The translations under genes were made by a program, and so were the position numbers. Below the pieces are notes generated by a model. That model worked only from the letters and a program-made list of their open reading frames with translations, was not told the DNA's origin and did not search any database. 64,000 nucleotides of DNA. Source: a virus. The stretch's first letter is position 1. Each line of letters starts with the position of its first letter. The DNA lies in the IMG/VR virus record IMGVR_UViG_3300050821_003659, positions 1-64,000 of that record. The stretch is one strand, 5' to 3'. Positions 9,719 to 19,272 of the stretch are shown here, in pieces.

Positions 9719-11722
9719 CTAGGAGAATAGATCACCGAGGGGGTCGTGTGCCGCCTCGTATGCGTCCATCGCAGCTTGCTGAGCTAGCTGGCTGGGTGCC
9801 ATGTCAGGAAATTCTAGGGCCGCGTTGCTGATGTTGTGCTTCGAGTACTTCCCGTCGCAGTGCATCAGGTCGTGAAAGTTTTTCATCTTCACGTCGGCAA
9901 CGAACTCCGAACTCGACTCCGTCGTCTTCCCTTCGATGTCAGCGTATGACCCGAACTGGTTGATGAGGATTGCCAGCGAGTCCACGATGTCATCGTGAAC
10001 GCCCGCTGCGGTGCCGAACTTCGATAGCTCGTCGTACAGGTCTTCCAGACTCGGACAGGTGTTGACGAATCGCAACCTGTCGTCTCCGAGGAATCGGAGT
10101 ACTGGCCCTGCCTTAGTTTTCTTAGAGGAGGCTTTGCTGCCCTGTCCAAGCGGAACCATCTGGATCGGCACGCGAATCTTCAGCTTGTCCATCTCTCGAT
10201 AAACTTCACGCTGGACATATTTCTCTGCTTTGCCAGTGTCCTCGATGCAGATTCGTTTCGGTCGCCATTGCAACGCCGTCGCTGCGATCATCGCGGGCAG
10301 TTCGTACTCATTGAACTTCCCACGTTTCATGTCGATGATGTAAAACCGTCCGCCGTAAATCAGGGCGGTGATGATGACCGTGTAGTCCGCCCAACTCTTC
10401 GTAGAGTAAGCGGTGTCGATGCAGGTGACGATCATTCCGGTTCCCGGCAGTTCTGCCGCGTTCACGGTGCGACGGATCAGCAGTTCCCGAGGGAACTTGA
10501 TGACGTGCATCTGTGTCGGATCATTCAAATACTTGATCGCGAACCACGGATCGGTCTTGCGGAGGTAGCGGAGTTTTTCGTACGTCAGTGAGTGCGGATT
10601 CCCCGGTTCGTTGAACCAGAGATCGTAATCACCTTCCGTCATCTCCTCTTCGATCTTGCCCGCCTTGCGTGCGGCTTCATTAGCCCACCACGCTGCACGG
10701 ATGTAAACCTCCATCGGGAACTCTTCGCCTTCAGTGGCGTACTTGTCCCGGTTCTTAATGTCCTGCCCGTACGTGTCTTCCGAGTCGTACCACGTTCCAA
10801 TCTTGTCGTAAAATCCGAACGGGTGCAAGATGGCCTTATCGATGCTGACCTTCTTGTTGACATTTCTCATCCGGTCTACGGTCTGAGAGTTTTCTTCGGT
10901 GACCACGTCATCGAGTTTCAGAATGCAGACGTGCCATCCAGCAAGGTTCTGCTCGATAGATGCTGCGAACACCGTAGTCTCTTTTTCAACCTGACTTACT
11001 GCGGGGGTTTGATACTCCGCGTTCTGTCCGGTTGCCACGGGAATGCAGTGCTCAGGAAACAACACCTGAAATAAACTGGGTGTGCCGTCGTTCATCCGGC
11101 GAGGGCGTAACGCCTTCTTGCCGAACAAGTCCACTGTGCCACCCTCTTCGAGCGTGAAGTGTCCCTTGATCTCGCCAACGAAGTCATTCGCCAACGAGAG
11201 AACGCCCGTGAGCACGAGGATCGTGATCTCGGGGAAGCAGATGATCCACTGAACGCAGTCTGCCATGTCGATTGACGACTTGAAGCCGCCACGAGGCACG
11301 AGCAGAAGGCGTTCCTTCTTGCCCAACTTGTCAACCTCGTACTTCGCAGCGAATGCTTTGAAGTTCGGCTGTGTCGGGTCTTTGCGGACGAAAAACTTAT
11401 TGCAGATTTCCTCGTGAGTGTTGTGAGCCTGTCCGTCCGTCCAGATGTACTCGTGGTCGGTCGTGTCCTTGTACTTCTCCAGCAGTTTGCAGAGGAAGTA
11501 CAGGTTGGTCTGTGCCATGAAGCGATAGCGGGCGACTTTGTCCGCGTCGAGCAGGTCGTACAGCTTGCAGACCTTAGCGAGTTTTTCCTGTTGCTCGGGA
11601 ATCAAGCGGCTGACGCTCTGATTCGCTAGTTTCTGAAAATCCTCGGCTGGCATGTCCCGATACTGGTAGTTCTTGTCCTGCTTGTGCTTGTTGAACAACT
11701 CTTCCAAGTATTCGGGCTTCAC
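9719..11722 (-). CDS. terL: terminase large subunit
   Basis: Walker A PRGGFKSS, Walker B LKLDD, IGT motif III, nuclease CIDTA/ADYT and HDDIVDS. Confidence 0.9.
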   Translation of the reverse strand: MKPEYLEELFNKHKQDKNYQYRDMPAEDFQKLANQSVSRLIPEQQEKLAKVCKLYDLLDADKVARYRFMAQTNLYFLCKLLEKYKDTTDHEYIWTDGQAHNTHEEICNKFFVRKDPTQPNFKAFAAKYEVDKLGKKERLLLVPRGGFKSSIDMADCVQWIICFPEITILVLTGVLSLANDFVGEIKGHFTLEEGGTVDLFGKKALRPRRMNDGTPSLFQVLFPEHCIPVATGQNAEYQTPAVSQVEKETTVFAASIEQNLAGWHVCILKLDDVVTEENSQTVDRMRNVNKKVSIDKAILHPFGFYDKIGTWYDSEDTYGQDIKNRDKYATEGEEFPMEVYIRAAWWANEAARKAGKIEEEMTEGDYDLWFNEPGNPHSLTYEKLRYLRKTDPWFAIKYLNDPTQMHVIKFPRELLIRRTVNAAELPGTGMIVTCIDTAYSTKSWADYTVIITALIYGGRFYIIDMKRGKFNEYELPAMIAATALQWRPKRICIEDTGKAEKYVQREVYREMDKLKIRVPIQMVPLGQGSKASSKKTKAGPVLRFLGDDRLRFVNTCPSLEDLYDELSKFGTAAGVHDDIVDSLAILINQFGSYADIEGKTTESSSEFVADVKMKNFHDLMHCDGKYSKHNISNAALEFPDMAPSQLAQQAAMDAYEAAHDPLGDLFS

Positions 11723-11742
11723 AACTCCTCCGGTCTATTGAA

Positions 11743-12486
11743 TTACATTGCGGGAGCGGCGGCAGCAGCGGGTGCTCCAGCAGCAGGTGCTGCTTCGGGC
11801 ATTTCCTGCTCGGGCTGCGGTGGGTTCTGCTCCATGTGGTTCGCGGCATCGGAAAACTTCTCGAACATGTGCTGTTCGTCTTTGTGGCTCGGATCGTGAT
11901 GCTTGTGCGTCACAACGTGTTTGCCGTTGTGCGTCCGGTGGTACTCGTGCTTCTGAATCGTCTTGGGGGCCTTCTTCGGGGCCGAAACCATGTCGTACGG
12001 TGTGGCTGTCACTTTGCCGCCTTTGTCGTAAATCTTCGCTTCCATCGCGTCCTCCGCAGGGTTCTCTTTATCGAACGCCTCGCTCTTTTCATACTTCTTG
12101 TTCTGCTTCTCGGTCAGAACGCGTTCGCCTTCCTTCAGGATAGCGACGTGATGTTTTCCATCACCGACATTGACCTTGCTCTTTTTGACCTTGCCGCCTT
12201 TGTCGAAGACGGGCAGGGATTGGCCGAGAGGCTTCACCATCTCGCGAGTGTCGATCCGCTTCTCGCCGGGACGGTCGCCATACTTACGACCAGAGTTCAG
12301 CCTGTCACCTGCGACAGCAGCCTCGGCGGGCTTGTCTGGAGTTTCCGCGTTGCCGAGAGCGTTGCGGGTCATCTTCGCCCGCTCTGCTAATTCGTTGCCC
12401 AGACTGTCAGTCTGTTTGTTGCCTTCGCTGATGGCCTTTGCTCGGCTCTTTACTTCACCGACCAGCTTGTCGAAAATTCCCGGCAT
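11743..12486 (-). CDS. hypothetical protein (His-rich segment, Ala/Pro tail)
   Basis: ATG at 12486 with AGGAG RBS; two DKGGKV motifs, ILKEGERVL. Confidence 0.7.
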   Translation of the reverse strand: MPGIFDKLVGEVKSRAKAISEGNKQTDSLGNELAERAKMTRNALGNAETPDKPAEAAVAGDRLNSGRKYGDRPGEKRIDTREMVKPLGQSLPVFDKGGKVKKSKVNVGDGKHHVAILKEGERVLTEKQNKKYEKSEAFDKENPAEDAMEAKIYDKGGKVTATPYDMVSAPKKAPKTIQKHEYHRTHNGKHVVTHKHHDPSHKDEQHMFEKFSDAANHMEQNPPQPEQEMPEAAPAAGAPAAAAAPAM

Positions 12487-12494
12487 GATAGCTC

Positions 12495-13010
12495 CTATTT
12501 CTTGAAGAACGTCGGAAGAGTCTTCCAACGCTCACGGGCCTTAGCCCGCATCCCTGTACCGGGATCGTAATCTGGGTAGAGTGAGCGAAACTTCCGCTCG
12601 GCTCCCAGCAGACTGTCGCCCATCTCTCCGATAGCTCGGAGAAACATCAGCATCAGTGTGGTGCTGCGTGAGTGACCTGCGATGCAGTGCACAAGAACCT
12701 TGTCACCTGCGTCGTATCTTTCCTTGATGAACTTCAACCCCGCGTCGATCACCTCGTCGGGGATCATGTCAACGTCGTCGGCGTCAATTAGGTTCAACGC
12801 CATGTGCTTCTCATCCACGCGGTAGAAGTAATAATTTTTGTCCTGCGGTGCACCGAGCGTTGTGTACCCGAGGACTGCCCTGTGGCAATCGTCGGAGCCA
12901 TCTTTGCACGCGGCGAGAATCGAGTACCCGCGTTTCTCTGCGATTGGCAGAGCCTCTTTGTCACCCACGTAAAGCCGTGGGATGATCTCTTCGAGAATGG
13001 CCTTGTACAT
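12495..13010 (-). CDS. dual-specificity protein phosphatase
   Basis: IIPRLYVG N-terminus and VLVHCIAGHSRS (CX5R) active site. Confidence 0.9.
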   Translation of the reverse strand: MYKAILEEIIPRLYVGDKEALPIAEKRGYSILAACKDGSDDCHRAVLGYTTLGAPQDKNYYFYRVDEKHMALNLIDADDVDMIPDEVIDAGLKFIKERYDAGDKVLVHCIAGHSRSTTLMLMFLRAIGEMGDSLLGAERKFRSLYPDYDPGTGMRAKARERWKTLPTFFKK

Positions 13011-13020
13011 CGCTCCTCCG

Positions 13021-13323
13021 TTAATCGGTCAAGATGATGCTCGACTTCGGTGCGGGCGAGGGAACCACCTTGGTTGCTACGGCGTCAGTCGGGGTAACAG
13101 TTTCTCCCGCACCCTCAGCCTTCTTCTGTGCTGCGATCTTCGCTTCCGCGACCTTCTTCACCTGTGCCGCCATGTCAGCGACGAAAGACTTGAGAACGAT
13201 GTTCGCGTAATCTGTTGCGAACTGGCATGTCGTGCTATCGAGGATGACCTTGATACCGTTCAAGTCCCATGCCTGTGCGAAGGCTTTGGTCTGCTCCAAC
13301 GTGATGCTAGGAATTAGTGGCAT
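13021..13323 (-). CDS. hypothetical protein
   Basis: 100 aa, GGAGG RBS. Confidence 0.65.
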   Translation of the reverse strand: MPLIPSITLEQTKAFAQAWDLNGIKVILDSTTCQFATDYANIVLKSFVADMAAQVKKVAEAKIAAQKKAEGAGETVTPTDAVATKVVPSPAPKSSIILTD

Positions 13324-13591
13324 CTGACCCTCCCTTCCATCGCGACAGAAAGTCGCTCACATCCATCTTGTCTTCCTTCGGCTCCTCTGGGGGCTGAGGC
13401 TCAGCCGCCGCTGCGGACTGCTCTTTGTATCGAGCGACTCCGGGGGGCGGCATCGTGATCGGGATCATCTTGGTGACGACCGCGAGTGCGTATGTACAAT
13501 ATATACGGATCGACCACGGGCAATCTTTGTCCCTTGCGAACTGCTTCCAAAACGCAAGGATAGTTTCTTCGTCTCGACGCTTTCGCGGCAT
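13307..13591 (-). CDS. hypothetical protein, possible terminase small subunit
   Basis: Basic N-terminus MPRKRR, upstream of terL; GGAGGAG RBS; function is inference only. Confidence 0.35.
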   Translation of the reverse strand: MPRKRRDEETILAFWKQFARDKDCPWSIRIYCTYALAVVTKMIPITMPPPGVARYKEQSAAAAEPQPPEEPKEDKMDVSDFLSRWKGGSDATNS

Positions 13592-13609
13592 CTCTCCTCC
13601 AAAATGTTT

Positions 13610-13975
13610 TTAGAACAGGGTGATGTTCGAAAGCAACGCACCCTTCTTGAATAGACCCCGCTCGGTCAGTTTCTTGTGCCAGTCGTCAAATGCCTCACCA
13701 TGCTCGTCTTTGTAGTTCGTCGCGATGTGAACCATCTCGTGTGCCAGCGACGATAGCTTGATCGACGCGGTCGGGTTCTTCGCTTTGTTGAGCAGGATTA
13801 AATACTTGTGCTTGTTGTCGGGGTTGTCGATAGGAGAGCAGGAGGCGACATCTGATTCCTCGCCCGCTCGTGCCCAGCGTACGATAACATTGTCAGGCAG
13901 TTCGTTGTTGAAGAACCGCTTGTTGATGTTCCGATACCACTTCTTGAGGCTAGCATCCGAGTGCTGGTCAGCCAT
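13610..13975 (-). CDS. SprT-like zinc metalloprotease
   Basis: INKRFFNNELP, HEMVH and HGEAF motifs. Confidence 0.85.
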   Translation of the reverse strand: MADQHSDASLKKWYRNINKRFFNNELPDNVIVRWARAGEESDVASCSPIDNPDNKHKYLILLNKAKNPTASIKLSSLAHEMVHIATNYKDEHGEAFDDWHKKLTERGLFKKGALLSNITLF

Positions 13976-14052
13976 ACTGTCTCCAAGAAACACGCGGGGG
14001 AGTGGAGAACTTATCGTCACACTCCCCACAAAGCAGGGCGTCCCCTGCGATG

Positions 14053-14343
14053 TTACTCGGTTTGAGGTGCCAGCGACAGACCGTTCGACTCGATCTGAGC
14101 GGAGTTGACTGTCGGATCGACGCCGACGCCAGAAGTGCATGCCAGCCAGTTTGCGACACCTGCGGTGCCGTCTGTGGTCAGGTCAGTCGCGTTCTGAACA
14201 GTGCCATCGATCAGCTTGATCCCGGCCTTGCCCGGAGGCACGGTGCCGAGAATGTTTCCAGAGTCGTACGGCTTGACGTTTGCAGAGTCGATGCCGTATT
14301 GGGCGACCTTCCCTGCGGTGCGTGCTGCTAAAGTTGTTGCCAT
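14053..14343 (-). CDS. hypothetical protein
   Basis: ATG at 14343 with AGGAG RBS. Confidence 0.65.
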   Translation of the reverse strand: MATTLAARTAGKVAQYGIDSANVKPYDSGNILGTVPPGKAGIKLIDGTVQNATDLTTDGTAGVANWLACTSGVGVDPTVNSAQIESNGLSLAPQTE

Positions 14344-14351
14344 GATATCTC

Positions 14352-15263
14352 CTAGCCCCACCAATCAATCGTCAGCCCATCGGCTGCGTAATTGATCCCC
14401 GGCTTTCTCTTCGGCGTCAGTCCAACACGGTACACGTCGCCCACAGGATATTTCCAATCCCGGTTGCGATCATATTGATGGACGATGCAGAACGGCGTGT
14501 CGCTGCCCTGCGGATAGAGGATGCCGTTTCTCAAATCTGGTTTGGGGTCAAGCCAGAAATGGTTCGGGAGGTTCCCGAAGCAATATCCGACAACTGCGAA
14601 GCCTTCGCTCAGTCGGGGTACGACGGTGATGCCTTTGAAATCGTCTTCACGTGCGATGACGTTCAACGCCGCTTGCTCAACGATTTGGTGGGTGTCCCAC
14701 TTGCAAATCTCGATGGTGCGGCGGAATATTTCTGCCATCTCTGCGGGCGTTCCTGCGAACGTGCCGCCGTTCAGGGCTTCCTCTTCGCGGATGCGTGCGT
14801 ACGTCTCGGGAGTGAAAATGTTCTTCACCCAGTTGTCGTTGCACTGCTCGTTCTTGATGAGGTAGCTCTCTGTGGCGATGACGATCTTCTTGTCACCAAC
14901 CAGATTCTTCTCCAACCAGATCGACGGGTCGGTCTGGAAGATGAGATCGCGGATGTCCATCCACATGATGTAGCGGAACTCGTGCCCTCGTTCTTTGATG
15001 AACTGATACGCGAGGGTGTCGCGATACTCGTAAAAGTTTTTGTGCATCTCGTGCCACGAACCTGTCGGCGCCTTCTGCTCCACGTCGATTAACTCGAACC
15101 CGTACTCGATCAACTGCTGTCGCACGTTCTGTGCAAGGCTCCAAACTAACAGAATCTTGCGTCCGCGAAAGCCGCTGCGTTTGATGCTCACCATGTAGGC
15201 TTCTATCCAACTGAAGTCCACGTTGGCGAATACACCGAGTAATAGGTCGTTAGTCGCGTCCAT
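14352..15263 (-). CDS. nucleotide-diphospho-sugar transferase (GT-A fold)
   Basis: MDIRDLIFQTDP, LNGGTFAG, EQAALN, IVHQYDR motifs. Confidence 0.75.
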   Translation of the reverse strand: MDATNDLLLGVFANVDFSWIEAYMVSIKRSGFRGRKILLVWSLAQNVRQQLIEYGFELIDVEQKAPTGSWHEMHKNFYEYRDTLAYQFIKERGHEFRYIMWMDIRDLIFQTDPSIWLEKNLVGDKKIVIATESYLIKNEQCNDNWVKNIFTPETYARIREEEALNGGTFAGTPAEMAEIFRRTIEICKWDTHQIVEQAALNVIAREDDFKGITVVPRLSEGFAVVGYCFGNLPNHFWLDPKPDLRNGILYPQGSDTPFCIVHQYDRNRDWKYPVGDVYRVGLTPKRKPGINYAADGLTIDWWG

Positions 15264-16110
15264 CTCTCCCCCGAAATTCCTTGGCGTAAACCGCGAGTGC
15301 CTCTTTCCAATGCCGAGGCGTGAAGCCCTCGATCCGGCTGTTCAGAAGAACTTCGCTCTTAGGTCGTGGGGCGTGATACTCTCGCTCGAAGAACGAGGAG
15401 TTCACTCTTTGAACCGCTACCGACACTCCCAAGAGGCGAACAAACTCTTGTGCGATCTCGAATCGGCTGGCTGAGCCATTGCAGCAGACGTGAAAGATTC
15501 CACGTCGTCCCGATGAGAGGATGCAATCGAGTGCGACCGCGAGATCGGGGAGATACGACAGAGAACCGAACTTGTCCTCGACTGCGGAGATGATTTTGTG
15601 ACCAGCGGCGATTTGCCTGTAAATCTTTCCGATGAACTTCGTGTCGTCCACAGGCCCGCCGCCGAAGCACCACTCGGTGCGGAGGACGATGTGATCCCGA
15701 AGTGAGCGGGCGATGTTTTCACCCATCAGCTTCGTTTTACCGTACGTTGAAATCGGGCGGGGCAGTGAAACCGCGTCGTACGCAGGGTCTTGTCCGTCGA
15801 ACACGCACGCGGAACTGAGATAGACGTACGTCGCACCTGCATGCTCAGCACAGAGGGCCGCGTTTGCGGAGCCGAGTGCGTGAAGCTGTAGGGCGACTGC
15901 GGGGAACGTCTCGCACTTCTCCATATCGCAGAGAGCCACGAGATTGATTACCGCGTCGGGTTTGAATTGTGTGATGGATTCGTTCAGGGCGTGAAAATCT
16001 TGAATGTTCACCGCACGGTGCGTCGGGGCGAGGACGGTGTGTTCGATGCTGAAGTGCTTGATGAGGGCGGAACCAATCATGCCTGATCCGCCAAGAATGT
16101 AAATCCTCAT
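15250..16110 (-). CDS. rmlD: dTDP-4-dehydrorhamnose reductase-like SDR
   Basis: GGSGMIG Rossmann motif, YLSSACVFDG, YGKTK catalytic motif, APRP. Confidence 0.85.
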   Translation of the reverse strand: MRIYILGGSGMIGSALIKHFSIEHTVLAPTHRAVNIQDFHALNESITQFKPDAVINLVALCDMEKCETFPAVALQLHALGSANAALCAEHAGATYVYLSSACVFDGQDPAYDAVSLPRPISTYGKTKLMGENIARSLRDHIVLRTEWCFGGGPVDDTKFIGKIYRQIAAGHKIISAVEDKFGSLSYLPDLAVALDCILSSGRRGIFHVCCNGSASRFEIAQEFVRLLGVSVAVQRVNSSFFEREYHAPRPKSEVLLNSRIEGFTPRHWKEALAVYAKEFRGRDGRD

Positions 16111-17096
16111 TAGCATCCCCCTTCTCGCATGCCCCCTTTCGGGTCGGTGTGAGCCTGAATCAAAACTTCGCCTAGCTGGATGATGTTCTCACGAGTCCAG
16201 CCTTTCGCTTTGATGATGCCGCGATAGTAAATCTGGTCATGCACCATCGAACCCGGAACCCATGTCGGAGTCGCGTCTTCTGCTCGAAGCCACGCCTCTT
16301 GGGTGTCATAACTGAAATCGCAGATCGTGCTGTCCAATCGCATCCCGCAGTGAACTACTCTCACCTTCGGGTCTGCAAACGGTGCGGCCATCTTCGAGAG
16401 ATAACCGGGGAGCATGTCGTTGTCGTCATCGAAGCAGCAGACGAGATCGCCTGTCACATACGGATAACCACAATTCTTCGCGTAGCAAGGATTCGCTACG
16501 TCGCTGTGCTCGAACACTCTGATACGCGGATCATCGGGTAGGCTTACAACCCCATCCTTCTCGTTGTTGACAACGATCAGTTCCCAGTTTTTATGATCCT
16601 GCTCTAACAGAGTTTTCACAGTCCGCCCGATGATGTGCTGGCGGCGAAACGTTCCCATAATGATACTGACCTTCGGCTGGTAATTCGGATCAACGACATA
16701 TTGACTGTCGTCGATCAACATGAGCCAGCGGTATCGGCAGTAAGGAAAAAGTTGTGGCGGGGTCAGGTCTTCCTCAAATTCGAGGAACTCCATCGGATGC
16801 CCCTTGACCAGTCGGGTCAACTCCGCTTTGATCGCGGAGACGCGTTCACGATTCGTGACGTTGAGGAAGCAGTAGGAGACGCCGTTCGTGCCGTCGATAT
16901 TGGCTGTCCACCACTCGGGAAGAGGGTAGGGCCACTTGTGCTCCTCAGGTTTGACTGGCTGTTGAGCGAACCAATCGAGCGTGAGTCCGTCCGCTGCGTA
17001 GCGACAACCGGGGGCACGATAAGGTCGGACAACAAGCGGGGGACGCTTCTGTCCCTGCGGGCCGAACGATGTGAGATTAGGCTTGACTTGCGACAT
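16110..17096 (-). CDS. glycosyltransferase family 2 with N-terminal extension
   Basis: PKVSIIMGTF, WELIVV, AKN.G, FDDDND (DxD). Confidence 0.85.
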   Translation of the reverse strand: MSQVKPNLTSFGPQGQKRPPLVVRPYRAPGCRYAADGLTLDWFAQQPVKPEEHKWPYPLPEWWTANIDGTNGVSYCFLNVTNRERVSAIKAELTRLVKGHPMEFLEFEEDLTPPQLFPYCRYRWLMLIDDSQYVVDPNYQPKVSIIMGTFRRQHIIGRTVKTLLEQDHKNWELIVVNNEKDGVVSLPDDPRIRVFEHSDVANPCYAKNCGYPYVTGDLVCCFDDDNDMLPGYLSKMAAPFADPKVRVVHCGMRLDSTICDFSYDTQEAWLRAEDATPTWVPGSMVHDQIYYRGIIKAKGWTRENIIQLGEVLIQAHTDPKGGMREGGC

Positions 17097-17787
17097 GAAG
17101 CCTCCGCATTACATCAGGAGTGCAAGAATGGAACGACGAGATTCCTGTCGGGTCGATGTCAATCGGCACCTTGTACCCAGTGCCCCATTGGTTCCGCATC
17201 GAAGGGATGTGGTGCATCACGACTCGATTGTCGCGTGCGACCTTCCCTATCCAAACGTCATCTGCGTACGTCGTCACGCTCGATGAGATAACCAAGTCCA
17301 TCATGCGGCGTGAAAGGAACATGCAGCCGCCCGGATGAAAATCATTCGTGGCACATGCACCTGAATAGTCGAAGTCGGCCCAATCAGTGGCGAGAAGCCT
17401 GTCGAGATAGACGAACGTGTCGTCATCGCAACGCAGGATGTGAGTGTAGCCGTGTTCAATCGCCCAGCGACAGATCGCCTTCATCTTCGCGGGGTTCTCC
17501 GTGTACTGATCGCCGCAGTCGAGGAACACCTCGTCGGCCAGCGGTTCGCGGAGCAGAGTCTTGTCGGGCACGCGTTGGTTGCGTTTCGCGTCACGCAGTT
17601 TTGTGCCGTAGAAAAATTTGTAGTCAACACCTTCGGGAAGTTTTGTGAGCCACGTCGCACGGATCGTGTTGACGCGTGCTTGCTGATCGGTGCATCGCAG
17701 GTTCTGCTGAGTGCACCAGTCCACAGTGAGATCATCGATGTAGTAATCGAGACGATGACACGTCATGATGGCGATGAGTAGCTTCAT
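17077..17787 (-). CDS. galactosyltransferase/Fringe-like glycosyltransferase (GT31-like)
   Basis: LLIAIMT, IRATW, ILRCDDDTFV, GGCMFLS, DDVWIG. Confidence 0.8.
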   Translation of the reverse strand: MKLLIAIMTCHRLDYYIDDLTVDWCTQQNLRCTDQQARVNTIRATWLTKLPEGVDYKFFYGTKLRDAKRNQRVPDKTLLREPLADEVFLDCGDQYTENPAKMKAICRWAIEHGYTHILRCDDDTFVYLDRLLATDWADFDYSGACATNDFHPGGCMFLSRRMMDLVISSSVTTYADDVWIGKVARDNRVVMHHIPSMRNQWGTGYKVPIDIDPTGISSFHSCTPDVMRRLHVASQA

Positions 17788-17798
17788 TTTCCCCTCCA

Positions 17799-17843
17799 GA
17801 AAAAAGTAAAGCCCACTCAACGCTTGGCAGCGGAGCGGGCTTT
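17799..17843 (-). terminator. intrinsic terminator/attenuator in the late-operon leader
   Basis: Minus strand AAAGCCCGCTC...GAGTGGGCTTT followed by ACTTTTTT, just upstream of the GT31 RBS. Confidence 0.6.
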
Positions 17844-18069
17844 GATCTCGGTGGTGTCGCCGCGTTGAACGCGACGAGGAGGAGGGTCACCACCGTCTCT
17901 CGTGGATGTTTGGCGGTTTTACTTAGTTGAGCGTCCGATTAGGTAAGGATTCATCTCATTCGAGGGCACCGTCGAGCCAAAAGGTCTTCATTCTCCCTTA
18001 CTATATGCACCGCTTTTCCCTTTTTCGGGAGAAGATTGTCCGTAAGTGCATGAAAAGAAAGCAAATATA

Positions 18070-18291
18070 TTAGTTCGTTATCTCCCCGTTCTCGTCCCCT
18101 TTCTTATAACTGATGTCGAGATCGCCCCCTTTTGGGCGAGTTCCCATTGCCTGTGCCCCGTGTAGAGCGTCGAGGATCGCGGTGCCGCCGACGTACGAAA
18201 CGCGTTTAGATCGCCCACGTTCCATCGACAGCCCTTCCTTGCGAAGACGCTTTTCCCAGTACTCGGGTGAGTCTTTCTGCTTATGGGCCAA
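18070..18291 (-). CDS. hypothetical protein
   Basis: Probable TTG start overlapping the upstream ORF; YWEKRL. Confidence 0.5.
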   Translation of the reverse strand: MAHKQKDSPEYWEKRLRKEGLSMERGRSKRVSYVGGTAILDALHGAQAMGTRPKGGDLDISYKKGDENGEITN

Positions 18292-18481
18292 CGGACAACT
18301 CCCCGAACGGGCGTTGCCAACCGTACTTGTCGTCCAGCACGAGTTGAGATTTCTCTTTCTGATCTTGGGTGAGGAACACGGTGTTGTCAACCATCTTCTG
18401 ATAGTTGGGGTCGCTGCTGTACTGCTCAGCGTTCTTGATGATGAAGTTCGCACGACGTTCTCGTTCGATCTCAGGTGTCAT
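18281..18481 (-). CDS. hypothetical protein
   Basis: ATG with AAGGGG RBS, coupled to neighbours. Confidence 0.5.
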   Translation of the reverse strand: MTPEIERERRANFIIKNAEQYSSDPNYQKMVDNTVFLTQDQKEKSQLVLDDKYGWQRPFGELSVGP

Positions 18482-18669
18482 TGAGTCCCCTTTCGTTTCA
18501 TCTCTTGACAGGCCGCACACTTCGGGTCAAACTTCCCCTCGTGGCATGCGAACTGATGATTCTGCGTGGGGCTAGTGCCCAAGAAGCGATGACGATCTCC
18601 TGTATCAACGCGACCGTACGGCTTCGTTGGGTATGTCGGCCCGACGCGGTTGTATTGCAGAAGTTTCAT
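18478..18669 (-). CDS. small Cys/His protein
   Basis: 63 aa, AGGGGG RBS; CHE...CAAC. Confidence 0.5.
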   Translation of the reverse strand: MKLLQYNRVGPTYPTKPYGRVDTGDRHRFLGTSPTQNHQFACHEGKFDPKCAACQEMKRKGTQ

Positions 18670-18750
18670 CTCTTCCCCCTAAGTTCATCATCGCTTTTTT
18701 GCGGGAAGATTGCAACAGAAATCTTTCAAAAAGTTTTTGTGAAATAAAAC

Positions 18751-18779
18751 TTGACATCGTCGCCGCGATGCGTCACTAT
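18751..18779 (+). promoter_or_regulatory. sigma70-like promoter of the replication operon
   Basis: TTGACA-17 nt-CACTAT with AT-rich upstream element. Confidence 0.7.
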
Positions 18780-18852
18780 GTACTTAGGGAGAAGAACGAC
18801 TGCTCCCGTCTGTAGTACCCAACGCCCAATTGAGGCAGAAAAGAGATGACCT

Positions 18853-19257
18853 ATGAGTCTGATTGTAAAAGATCGTGTGTTCGAGCAGATGACCGAAGGG
18901 CTTCACAACGTGGCAATCACGCGTGTTGAAGACCTTGGGTTGCAGGACACAATGTACGGCAGCAAAGATCAAGCCCGGATTTTCTTCACCGCTCAGGATC
19001 AGAAGGATGTCGAAGGCAAGGCAGTCGATTGCCCGATGACGGTGACCACCACCTCGCTGCATCCCAAGAGCAAGCTGGCGAAGCTGCTCAACTCTCTCGG
19101 CATCACCGCCGACGACACGTTTGACCTGAACTCCCTTGTGGGGATCAAGTGCCAAGTCGTGATCGAGCAGAACACGAACAAAGAGACTGGCAAGCCGTAC
19201 GCCAAGATCGTCTCTGTGCTCAAGAATCGCAAGGCGTCCGCACCTACCGAGGTGTAG
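18853..19257 (+). CDS. ssDNA-binding-like replication protein (OB fold)
   Basis: EG.H...I..VEDLG, SLHPKSKL, FDLNSLVG.KC.V, YAKI pattern; first gene of the replication operon. Confidence 0.6.
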   Translation: MSLIVKDRVFEQMTEGLHNVAITRVEDLGLQDTMYGSKDQARIFFTAQDQKDVEGKAVDCPMTVTTTSLHPKSKLAKLLNSLGITADDTFDLNSLVGIKCQVVIEQNTNKETGKPYAKIVSVLKNRKASAPTEV

Positions 19258-19272
19258 TCGTCTACAAAGTAC

